Shown in pieces: positions 1 to 6,668 of a DNA stretch of 42,994 nucleotides. Below the pieces are notes generated by a model. That model saw nothing but the letters and a program-made list of their open reading frames with translations, did not search any database and was not told the DNA's origin. Location of the stretch: positions 1 through 42,994 of the forward strand of contig JAIYEC010000069.1 of assembly GCA_027487145.1 (NCBI GenBank). The letters are read 5' to 3'. The stretch comes from a bacterium. GTDB lineage: Bacteria > Patescibacteriota > Minisyncoccia > Phycocordibacterales > UBA918. The position numbers and the translations under genes are program-made. Each line of letters starts with the position of its first letter. Positions within the stretch are counted from its first letter, which is position 1.

Positions 1-132
1 CATGATGAGAAAGTCAGCATGAACATGAACTTCAGTCTCTTTGGAGTTACCGGTGTAGAGAGAATAAAAAACCGTTGTGGCGACTATTGCAACAGTGAAA
101 AAGGTTAAAATGAGAGATTCTTTTGATAGCAT
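1..132 (-). CDS. hypothetical membrane-anchored protein, N-terminal fragment (gene runs off the window start)
   Basis: ATG at 132-130 on the minus strand, open for 44 codons to position 1 (MLSKESLILTFFTVAIVATTVFYSLYTGNSKETEVHVHADFLIM...). One hydrophobic N-terminal helix. Absent from the ORF track because there is no stop inside the window. Confidence 0.35.
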   Translation of the reverse strand, partial: MLSKESLILTFFTVAIVATTVFYSLYTGNSKETEVHVHADFLIM

Positions 133-138
133 AATTAA

Positions 139-801
139 TTACCAGTCTACTGTAGGAATGTTATGCTCCGCAAGGTAGGTGTTGGTTTGGCTAAACGGGC
201 GTGAACCAAAAAAGCCAGTATAGGCAGACAGGGGAGAAGGATGGGGAGCTTCAAGGAGTAGGTGCTTTGACTGATCGATCAAGATCCTCTTAGTTCGAGC
301 AAAATTCCCCCAAAGCAAGAAGACCACATGCTCTTTTTGATCGGAGATAGTTTTGATTACAGTATCAGTAAAGGTCTCCCAACCACGTTTTTGGTGTGAA
401 CCAGGTTTGCTCGCTTCAACTGTGAGAGTGGCATTAAGTAGCAGTACCCCTTGAGTGGCCCAGTGTTCCAGGTTTCCGCTTGTTACAATTTCTTTCCCAA
501 GGTCACTCGCTAGTTCCTTATAGATATTTTTGAGTGAGGGTGGGGGAGCGATGCCATCAGGGACAGAGAAAGCCAATCCATGTGCCTGCAGCGGTCCGTG
601 ATAGGGGTCCTGTCCGAGAATTACCACCCGAGTATCTTCAAGTGAACAGAGCTCTAAAGCTTTGAAGATGAACTCCTTAGGAGGAAAGACAGTACTGTTT
701 TGGTAAGACTGCGTTACAGTTTGAATAAGTTGCTTGAAGTACTCTTTTTCATCCTCTGCCTCTAATACCTGTTTCCAATTTTCTGGGAGAATAATAGTCA
801 T
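139..801 (-). CDS. ung: uracil-DNA glycosylase (family 1)
   Basis: ORF 139..981. The first 60 codons overlap mutM and are not UDG-like, so the start is moved to the ATG at 801 (MTIILPENWKQ...). Motifs GQDPYH (VILGQDPYHGP) and HPSPLSA are present. Confidence 0.9.
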   Translation of the reverse strand: MTIILPENWKQVLEAEDEKEYFKQLIQTVTQSYQNSTVFPPKEFIFKALELCSLEDTRVVILGQDPYHGPLQAHGLAFSVPDGIAPPPSLKNIYKELASDLGKEIVTSGNLEHWATQGVLLLNATLTVEASKPGSHQKRGWETFTDTVIKTISDQKEHVVFLLWGNFARTKRILIDQSKHLLLEAPHPSPLSAYTGFFGSRPFSQTNTYLAEHNIPTVDW

Positions 802-808
802 AACTTGA

Positions 809-1672
809 TTATTTCTGACATTTTGGACAGTAGTGCGTACCACGTCCGGCACAGCGAACTTTTTTGATGATACCGCCACAGCGAGAACACGCAGTACCCT
901 GTTTACCAAATACCTTGAGATAGTCAGTGAAGTTTCCGTTGTTGCCACCAGTATCAACAAAGTGTTGAAAGGTCGTACCACCTACTGTGATCGATTCGTT
1001 CATCACAGCTCCCGCATGAATAGCTATTTCGGAAGCTTCTTTTTTAGTGAGAGTGCTAGCGGTACGCATTGGCTTTACCTTCGCCCGCCAGAGCGCCTCA
1101 TCGACATAAATATTTCCTAGTCCAGCGACAAACGATTGATCAAGTAATGCAGCCTTGATAGAGGTGTTGCGTCGACGAACTCTTTCAACAAACCAGGGTA
1201 TATTAAATTCTGGATCAATTGGCTCTGGACCGTATCCTTTTCTCGCTTCTGTAACTTCTTTTTTATTTGCTAGTTTCGTGTACCCAAACAAACGCATGTC
1301 GTTAAAGTAGAGAGTAGTACCGTCGGTAAAATAAAAGGCGGCTCGAGTGTGGCTGGTCGGGAGCTTGGTGTCAGCTGCAGTCATAGAGTGACCACCACCA
1401 ACGACGCGACCTTTTTTATCGACAAAGAAAAATTGTCCTGTCATTTTAAGGTGTGCGAGGAGAAACAGATTATCTTCATCTTGAAAGGAAAAAATCATCA
1501 GTTTTCCAACGCGGTCAATATCTTCGATTGTTTTGCCCGATAGTTTTTTCGAGATTGTCCGATCGTGAGCGACTGTCTTTTGATGAAAGACTTCGACTCG
1601 GTCAATCGTCTTTGTGAGCGTCTTATGTTTTAGTTGCAGTCGTACGGTTTCGACTTCTGGAAGTTCCGGCAT
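809..1672 (-). CDS. mutM: formamidopyrimidine-DNA glycosylase
   Basis: N-terminal MPELPEVE catalytic signature and C-terminal zinc finger CSRCGG...CPKCQ; 287 aa. The gene is 5 nt upstream of ung and 5 nt downstream of the HxlR gene, so an operon is likely. Confidence 0.9.
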   Translation of the reverse strand: MPELPEVETVRLQLKHKTLTKTIDRVEVFHQKTVAHDRTISKKLSGKTIEDIDRVGKLMIFSFQDEDNLFLLAHLKMTGQFFFVDKKGRVVGGGHSMTAADTKLPTSHTRAAFYFTDGTTLYFNDMRLFGYTKLANKKEVTEARKGYGPEPIDPEFNIPWFVERVRRRNTSIKAALLDQSFVAGLGNIYVDEALWRAKVKPMRTASTLTKKEASEIAIHAGAVMNESITVGGTTFQHFVDTGGNNGNFTDYLKVFGKQGTACSRCGGIIKKVRCAGRGTHYCPKCQK

Positions 1673-1677
1673 ACTAT

Positions 1678-1974
1678 TTAGAGATATTTCTCACTGTATT
1701 GAATCATGGCTCGTTCGATAATCTTCAGTCCAGAGCCTTTTTTTGTGACGGTATATAACCCTTCAGGAGTTTTTTCAATTAATCCTTCAGCTGATAGTTT
1801 TTGCAGCTTCAGGGTAAGTGTACGGGTTGAAATAGTATCAAGCCAGATTTTTAGTTCGCTAAAGCGTTTTGGCCCTTCTGTAAGGGCTCGCATAATAAGC
1901 ATCGTCCAGGTATCAGACAGGAGTTCAGCTACTTTTGTAATAGGGCAGGTGTGTTTCCCGGCATCTTCATGCAT
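1678..1974 (-). CDS. HxlR-family winged-helix transcriptional regulator
   Basis: CPITKVAELLSDTWTMLIMRAL..GPKRFSEL pattern typical of HxlR/MarR-like regulators. I prefer the ATG at 1974 because a TATAGT box (plus-strand coordinates 1983-1988) lies 8 nt upstream; the track start at 1980 is the alternative. Confidence 0.8.
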   Translation of the reverse strand: MHEDAGKHTCPITKVAELLSDTWTMLIMRALTEGPKRFSELKIWLDTISTRTLTLKLQKLSAEGLIEKTPEGLYTVTKKGSGLKIIERAMIQYSEKYL

Positions 1975-2001
1975 ATGCATGCACTATAGCAAATTTTCGA
2001 T

Positions 2002-2058
2002 ACTTTACAATGTAAAGTCACCATGTCGTAATTCTTTACAAGCTTTACATTGTAAAGT
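2002..2058. promoter_or_regulatory. paired 15-bp palindromic operators in the hxlR / nitroreductase divergent promoter region
   Basis: CTTTACAATGTAAAG (2003-2017) and its reverse complement CTTTACATTGTAAAG (2043-2057), centres 40 bp apart, plus an extra half-site CTTTACA at 2034-2040. Confidence 0.5.
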
Positions 2059-2099
2059 AAAGGGTTCAAAATACGTAAGTAAAAATTTAAAACAATACT

Positions 2100-2732
2100 A
2101 TGCAACAACTAACTGAGGCCTTAGCGTGGCGATACGCTGTCAATCAATTTGATACAGAAAAGAAAGTCCCTGAAGAAACAGTAGAGAAGATTTTGACGGC
2201 AGGTAACCTTATGCCAACTGCGTATGGATTACAACCGTTTGCTTTTGTGGTAGTGAGTGACGAAGCAATCAAGCAGTCTTTGATTGAACATGCGTATGGT
2301 CAAAAACACGTAGCAGAAAACTCGCACTTAATTGTTATTGCAGCTCGAACTGATATTGATGAAGCGTTTGTTTCTGAATATACAGCGAGAATTGAAGCAA
2401 CAAGAAACCTGCCAGCTGGTTCTGCAGATGGATTTAAGACAGTGATGGTGGGAGATATTGTTGCTCGCACTGAAGCAGAGCGTATCGTGTGGGCCAAGCG
2501 ACAAGCGTTCCTCGCGCTTGGTGGCATGATGGCTCAGGCTTCATTACTTGAGGTTGATAACCATGCACTTGAAGGGTTTAGCCCAAGTGGATTTGATGAG
2601 GTACTAGGGCTTAAAGAAAAGAACCTTACCGCCGGAGTCCTTTTAGCAATCGGCTACCGTTCAGCGACTGACGAATGGCAACACTACGCTAAAGTGAGGC
2701 GAGATCTCAGTGATATTGTTATTGAAAAGTAA
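2100..2732 (+). CDS. nitroreductase-family NAD(P)H oxidoreductase
   Basis: 210 aa. N-terminal L..RY.V..F......V.EE..E.IL pattern and overall nitroreductase-like layout. Divergent from an HxlR regulator, which is a common pairing. Confidence 0.75.
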   Translation: MQQLTEALAWRYAVNQFDTEKKVPEETVEKILTAGNLMPTAYGLQPFAFVVVSDEAIKQSLIEHAYGQKHVAENSHLIVIAARTDIDEAFVSEYTARIEATRNLPAGSADGFKTVMVGDIVARTEAERIVWAKRQAFLALGGMMAQASLLEVDNHALEGFSPSGFDEVLGLKEKNLTAGVLLAIGYRSATDEWQHYAKVRRDLSDIVIEK

Positions 2733-2735
2733 GCG

Positions 2736-2762
2736 AAAATCCGGCCAAAAGCCGGATTTTTT
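2736..2762 (+). terminator. rho-independent terminator of the nitroreductase gene
   Basis: aaaatccggc-caaaa-gccggatttttt, a 10-bp stem followed by a T-run, 4 nt after the stop. Confidence 0.75.
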
Positions 2763-2778
2763 GCACAAGGGCTGCCTA

Positions 2779-2806
2779 TTGAAATGCACCGAGAAAACTG
2801 TACAAT
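2779..2806 (+). promoter_or_regulatory. sigma70-like promoter of tRNA-Asn
   Basis: TTGAAA (2779-2784), 16 nt spacer, TACAAT (2801-2806). Confidence 0.5.
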
Positions 2807-2831
2807 GGTGCAACTTGAATAATTCTCAAGT

Positions 2832-2903
2832 TCCGCGGTAGCTCAGCGGTAGAGCAGTCGGCTGTTAACCGATTGGTCGTAGGTTCGAATCCTACCCGCG
2901 GAG
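2832..2903 (+). tRNA. tRNA-Asn (anticodon GTT)
   Basis: Cloverleaf folded by hand. Acceptor tccgcgg/ccgcgga, D arm gctc-agcggta-gagc, anticodon arm gtcgg-ctGTTaa-ccgat (GTT at 2864-2866), variable loop tggtc, T arm gtagg-ttcgaat-cctac, discriminator G. CCA is not encoded. Confidence 0.95.
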
Positions 2904-2920
2904 CTTGAGAATGATTCAGC

Positions 2921-2950
2921 AAACACACACCTCACGAGGTGTGTGTTTTT
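2921..2950 (+). terminator. rho-independent terminator after tRNA-Asn
   Basis: aaacacacacc(tcacga)ggtgtgtgttttt, a GC-containing stem followed by T5. Confidence 0.8.
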
Positions 2951-3027
2951 GCAATGGTAGATGGATGAAGTAGTAGTTGTGCTAAAAAACCAGTACGTAG
3001 AAGGTGAAAACAAAGTAAGACAAATGA

Positions 3028-3056
3028 TTGACATACTATATGTTGCATGTTACAAT
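3028..3056 (+). promoter_or_regulatory. near-consensus sigma70 promoter
   Basis: TTGACA (3028-3033), 17 nt spacer, TACAAT (3051-3056) preceded by TGt (extended -10). It drives the GC-rich island downstream. Confidence 0.65.
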
Positions 3057-3062
3057 AATTAT

Positions 3063-3350
3063 CGGTTTGTCAGAACGTTAAGGAGCTGAAAATGGGTTTC
3101 AAATTACCGAGACTGTCTCGTCGTCGGCATGGTGGTCTCGTGCTGCCAAATACTGATCATCCGCAATGCCGACATGGAGAAATTCATGTCGCGGACGTGA
3201 TCAGCAAGTTCGTGTACTGGGAAACCGGCCGGATCGGAAGGCCGTACCGGCGAGCGCGGGGAGGTGAAAGGGTGTATCCGGTCTTTGTCTCCAGAGATGA
3301 AATTGCCAAGAGAAGGCCGCACCTTCTGTCACGTCTTTAGACCGACACGA
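3063..3350 (+). ncRNA. unclassified GC-rich structured-RNA candidate (alternative: 82-aa Arg-rich ORF 3092-3340)
   Basis: The island is clearly more GC-rich than its flanks, has its own promoter and terminator, and has no downstream gene on this strand. It is open on both strands (82 aa on +, 72 aa on -). Helices seen: gtcggcat 3123-3130 / atgccgac 3166-3173; gacatg 3171-3176 / catgtc 3185-3190; tgatca-t-ccgc 3154-3164 / gcgg-acg-tgatca 3191-3203; cggcc 3226-3230 / ggccg 3240-3244; agaagg 3311-3316 / ccttct 3322-3327. Counter-evidence: AAGGAG at 3080-3085 lies 6 nt upstream of the ATG at 3092. Confidence 0.4.
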
Positions 3351-3404
3351 CCCCCAACATTTTTGCCGTCAACTACGAAAAAGCTAGTTGGGGGCTTTTT
3401 CTTT
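3351..3404 (+). terminator. terminator of the GC-rich island transcript
   Basis: cccccaac (3351-3358) pairs with gttggggg (3387-3394) and is followed by cTTTTTcTTT. An inner alternative stem is caacta/tagttg. Confidence 0.55.
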
Positions 3405-3621
3405 CCCAAAATAAGTTCAGTGTCGTATCTGCTGTGATTACTGTCACTTTAAAATTTTATAATTTGAACACGCTTACTAATTCATAAAAAATGTTATATA
3501 GTGAATGATATGACACGAATAATTGCATTGAGTCCAAAGAAGAAGACCAAAAAACCGCCATATAAATCACCAGCTCGGTTGGCTGCCAAGAAAGAACTGT
3601 TGGCTAAGAAAAAGAAGAAGT

Positions 3622-3658
3622 AAAATAAAACACCACATATCGTGTGGTGTTTTATTTT
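3622..3658. terminator. bidirectional hairpin terminator
   Basis: Perfect 16-bp stem aaaataaaacaccaca / tgtggtgttttatttt with loop tatcg, and A/T runs on both sides. It abuts the stop of the minus-strand gene at 3658. Confidence 0.8.
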
Positions 3659-4188
3659 TACGAGAGTTGACTTGATCGGAGTTCTTGAAGACGTTGTAGT
3701 AAAGCGATAAGCTCCGTGAGTTGTCTTATCTTTGCTTTCAGTTCCGCCTGGGTAGCCGGACTCTTGGCGATGCTTGGTTTTATATCCCAACACGATCGAG
3801 CCGGTTCCCATGGTGTTGTGCTTTGCTGTTCGTAGAGATGTTTAGCGTATCCAAGGTTACCTTCAAGGGTGGTGATGTCAAACCCAAGCGCTTTGGCAGG
3901 TTCTGCGTGGATGCTCTCAAAAAACTGAAAGATACCAACCATGCCACCACTGTCACCACCTCGCAGGACAGTTCCGGCATCGGTGAACTGCCTGAAGTTC
4001 GATTCACAGCGAGCAATTTCAATCATGACCGGAGTGTCTTTAAAGAATTCACGTACTCGTTTTTCAGAAGCCTCTCTTGATAGAGGCGTTGCGGTGGCTG
4101 TTTTAGTTTTGGTAGCCGCTTCTGCATTGGTGGTCATCCCAAAAACTAATAGACAAGAAAGTACCGTACACGTATATATGATTTTCAT
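3658..4188 (-). CDS. secreted transglycosylase-like (lysozyme-like) domain protein
   Basis: Signal peptide MKIIYTCTVLSCLLVFGMTTNAEA. IARCESNFRQF...GGMVGIFQF resembles the CES...G.(L/F)Q(F) signature of the transglycosylase-like/Rpf-type domain. Start set to the ATG at 4188, which has TATAAT 8 nt upstream; the track start at 4197 is TTG. Confidence 0.6.
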   Translation of the reverse strand: MKIIYTCTVLSCLLVFGMTTNAEAATKTKTATATPLSREASEKRVREFFKDTPVMIEIARCESNFRQFTDAGTVLRGGDSGGMVGIFQFFESIHAEPAKALGFDITTLEGNLGYAKHLYEQQSTTPWEPARSCWDIKPSIAKSPATQAELKAKIRQLTELIALLQRLQELRSSQLS

Positions 4189-4216
4189 AGGGTGCAATTA
4201 TACACCAAGAGTAGGT

Positions 4217-4244
4217 TTGACGTCTTTTGGTAAACCTCTACAAT
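4217..4244 (+). promoter_or_regulatory. promoter of the amidase gene
   Basis: TTGACG (4217-4222), 16 nt spacer, TACAAT (4239-4244). The leader contains AAGGAG 8 nt before the ATG at 4276. Confidence 0.5.
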
Positions 4245-4275
4245 AGAGAAAATTGTCCTTTGAAGGAGTTGTTTT

Positions 4276-4845
4276 ATGTACAGATTGCTACAGTCTCTTG
4301 TAGCAATCTGTCTGATTGCTACTCCGCTTGTTCCAGCTTTAGAAGCTAAAGAGGAGACTTCTCTTACCATAATCGATCGATTGGTCGTGACTGGTTTTGA
4401 GCGAGGCAGGTCAGAACCGGTTGACACAATCGTTTTACATTCCGTATTTGCCCAAGGGAAGGCTGATCCGTATGCAGTTGATGAGGTAATAGCACTTTTT
4501 GCTCGCTATCAAGTGAGTACACACTATCTCATTGATCGTGAAGGAAACGTCTATCGTCTTGTTGGTGAGCGTGATACCAGCTATCATGCGGGCAAAAGTC
4601 GTATGCCAGAACCTGATGGTCGCGATGGTGTAAATTCGTTCTCGGTTGGTATTGAGTTAATCGGAGGACATGACGATGTCTTTACCGAGGCGCAGTACCT
4701 CTCGCTAGAAGTTCTTCTCCGTGACATTAAGACCCGCCATAATATAAAACACGTGGTTGGTCATGGTGAGATTACTCCAGAGCGCCGGAGTGATCCGTGG
4801 AATTTTGACTGGACCCGGATGTGGAGATGGATAGAAAACTGGTAG
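4276..4845 (+). CDS. N-acetylmuramoyl-L-alanine amidase (Amidase_2 / AmpD-PGRP type), secreted
   Basis: Signal peptide, then IVLHS...HYLIDREGNVYRLV...SYHAG...NSFSVGIEL...HGEITPERRSDP, which matches Amidase_2 zinc-amidase motifs. Confidence 0.85.
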   Translation: MYRLLQSLVAICLIATPLVPALEAKEETSLTIIDRLVVTGFERGRSEPVDTIVLHSVFAQGKADPYAVDEVIALFARYQVSTHYLIDREGNVYRLVGERDTSYHAGKSRMPEPDGRDGVNSFSVGIELIGGHDDVFTEAQYLSLEVLLRDIKTRHNIKHVVGHGEITPERRSDPWNFDWTRMWRWIENW

Positions 4846-4876
4846 CCTCGTCGCATGCGACGAGGCTATTACTTTT
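4843..4876 (+). terminator. rho-independent terminator of the amidase gene
   Basis: Palindrome tagcctcgtcgca/tgcgacgaggcta (4843-4868) followed by a T-rich tract; it overlaps the TAG stop. Confidence 0.7.
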
Positions 4877-4921
4877 CCGCATAATAGGGCCATAACAATA
4901 CCTCTTTCCTGGTATACTAAT

Positions 4922-6667
4922 ATGTACCATATGTCTCCCAAGAGCCTCTTTTTATTCAAAAAGAACGTCTACTTAAAAGTAGGAGCTTTTCTCTTGATCA
5001 TACCGACTATTCTCGTACTCACATTTACTCAAAACAAGCCTGTTGCTGATGCGCAAATTGCCTCACTCTATGCTTCTACCTGTCTTGGTGGTTGGAAAGA
5101 TGTCGATAAAGTAACTGGCGTTCCTGAGGTAGCGGGAGATGCTTCGGTCGAATACTCTGAGAAAAATTCCGCAACACTCTATAATAAACAAACACAAATT
5201 TATTGTGGTGGTTTTACCGGACAGATTCCTGACGGAGTAAACAGAACCAAAGTAGCATTACGGTTTTCGTGGGGAGTAGAAGGTGTGATAAGAGATACTG
5301 TCCCACAAAGAGATAATCAAGAAACTAATTCAGTAGGTAATACAACAATTATCGAATCAGATACAGCTTCAGGAACGAGTGAAACTAGTGGGGGAGTACA
5401 GTCAGATAATTCTGAAAGTGTAGAACCTGCTCAAGAAGAAGAGGTTCCGGTAGAGGCGCAGCAAGAACCTGCTGTAGAAAGTGAGAGTGTTTCTTGGTGG
5501 AGGCAATTAGTACCACAAGCATTTGCGCAAGAAGAAGTCATCGAAGATGTAGGTCCAGTTGACGAGGTGATGGTTGAGCCGACAACCCCTGAAGCTACTC
5601 AGCTAAAAGAAACTACTACAGCTCAGGCGACGTCTACCGACGAATCAAAAGACGAAGAAATATCATTGGAGACAGATGAGATTCTTGCCAGTTCTACAGC
5701 TAGTTCTTCTGCTACTTCAACTCAGCGATCGTACGTCTCACCAATTTTTGATGAGAATACCAGTAAGGACAACGCTTTATTTGAGGTATTGTTTACCTTA
5801 GATAATGAAAATTGGTATCCGTTGGGATACGTCTCTCGTATCAATAATGATATTCAGTTTGAGCTACCGCTTGAGTTATTTACCTCGGTAGAAGATTTTA
5901 ATAAACTTCAAATTTCACTCAAGACAGTGGAGCGCTTTGATGAAACGCCCAAAATCTATCTTGATAGTATGTGGATTGAAGTGTCGTATCTTGGTGTCGA
6001 CGAAGATCCGTTAGCGCCACCAGGAACCCGCGGCGGAGACGTCATCATGAGTTCTGTGAGCACACCAGAGACCACCCTCGTGACAGTCTTTCGAGGAGTA
6101 AAACTTGAAACTCTTTCAAATATCACTAGTTTACTCGCAAGTACGACGGCTACCGGTACCGCCAGCACAACACTAGTACAAGGAACGAGCACAGAAGCTA
6201 GTGGTGCTGCCATTGTTGCTCCGCTTGCACAGAGTTCAACATTAGCCACTTCATCAGCCACTTCAACAGCCAGTACTTCAATACCGATGGTGACGTTCGA
6301 ATCTGAGATTCCGCTTGAAATACGGAAAGAGCTCCGAGCGACGCCTGGCGTAGAGGTAGAGGTGTGGCTCTATGACAGATTAACAGATGCGTGGACGAGA
6401 GTCGCTGACAATAGTAGTACTGCTACGGTTCCTAAAGCCGTGTTATTGGATAATAAAGTCTTTTGGTTTGGTCCTGAAAATACCAGTTTGTGGCTGTTTG
6501 ACACAGTAGCAAATAGTTATAGTTCGCGGTCACTTTCAGTCACGGAACCAGTTGAGATTGAGTTTATTAATTCTGCCGGAGCAGTCGAATATGTACAGTA
6601 TAATGTTGAGTCAGAACAGCTTGAACGTAAAGGTAGTGTAAGTTCAAGTAGTGTATCGAGTGTGTAG
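4922..6667 (+). CDS. hypothetical N-terminally anchored surface protein with acidic and S/T-rich low-complexity linkers
   Basis: 581 aa. N-terminal TM/signal anchor VYLKVGAFLLIIPTILVLTF, an E/S/T-rich region, and S/T-rich tracts. First gene of a tightly spaced six-gene operon. Confidence 0.7.
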   Translation: MYHMSPKSLFLFKKNVYLKVGAFLLIIPTILVLTFTQNKPVADAQIASLYASTCLGGWKDVDKVTGVPEVAGDASVEYSEKNSATLYNKQTQIYCGGFTGQIPDGVNRTKVALRFSWGVEGVIRDTVPQRDNQETNSVGNTTIIESDTASGTSETSGGVQSDNSESVEPAQEEEVPVEAQQEPAVESESVSWWRQLVPQAFAQEEVIEDVGPVDEVMVEPTTPEATQLKETTTAQATSTDESKDEEISLETDEILASSTASSSATSTQRSYVSPIFDENTSKDNALFEVLFTLDNENWYPLGYVSRINNDIQFELPLELFTSVEDFNKLQISLKTVERFDETPKIYLDSMWIEVSYLGVDEDPLAPPGTRGGDVIMSSVSTPETTLVTVFRGVKLETLSNITSLLASTTATGTASTTLVQGTSTEASGAAIVAPLAQSSTLATSSATSTASTSIPMVTFESEIPLEIRKELRATPGVEVEVWLYDRLTDAWTRVADNSSTATVPKAVLLDNKVFWFGPENTSLWLFDTVANSYSSRSLSVTEPVEIEFINSAGAVEYVQYNVESEQLERKGSVSSSSVSSV

Positions 6668-6668
6668 T

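Noticed and set aside
3092-3340. 82-aa ORF (+) and antisense 72-aa ORF (3104-3322) as confident protein genes
   Set aside because: Both strands are open only because the segment is GC-rich. The peptides are Arg/Gly/Pro-rich and unrecognisable. The + ORF is kept only as an alternative because of its AAGGAG box.
3063-3404. Assigning the GC-rich island to RNase P RNA, tmRNA or SRP RNA
   Set aside because: It contains GGTGAAAGGGTG and AGATGAAATTGCC, which are reminiscent of RNase P conserved regions. However, it lacks the GGAAAGTCCGG / ACAGAA...GGCTTA P4 strands in the right order and spacing. There is no GGGG 5' end, tRNA-like TTCGAATCC...CCA 3' end or tag ORF as expected for tmRNA. There is no GGAA-tetraloop plus AGCAG domain IV signature as expected for SRP RNA. 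It is left unclassified.
2733-3660. Integrated mobile element or genomic island at tRNA-Asn
   Set aside because: There is no integrase, no direct repeat of the tRNA 3' half, and no phage or IS genes. The neighbouring genes are cell-wall enzymes with their own promoters.
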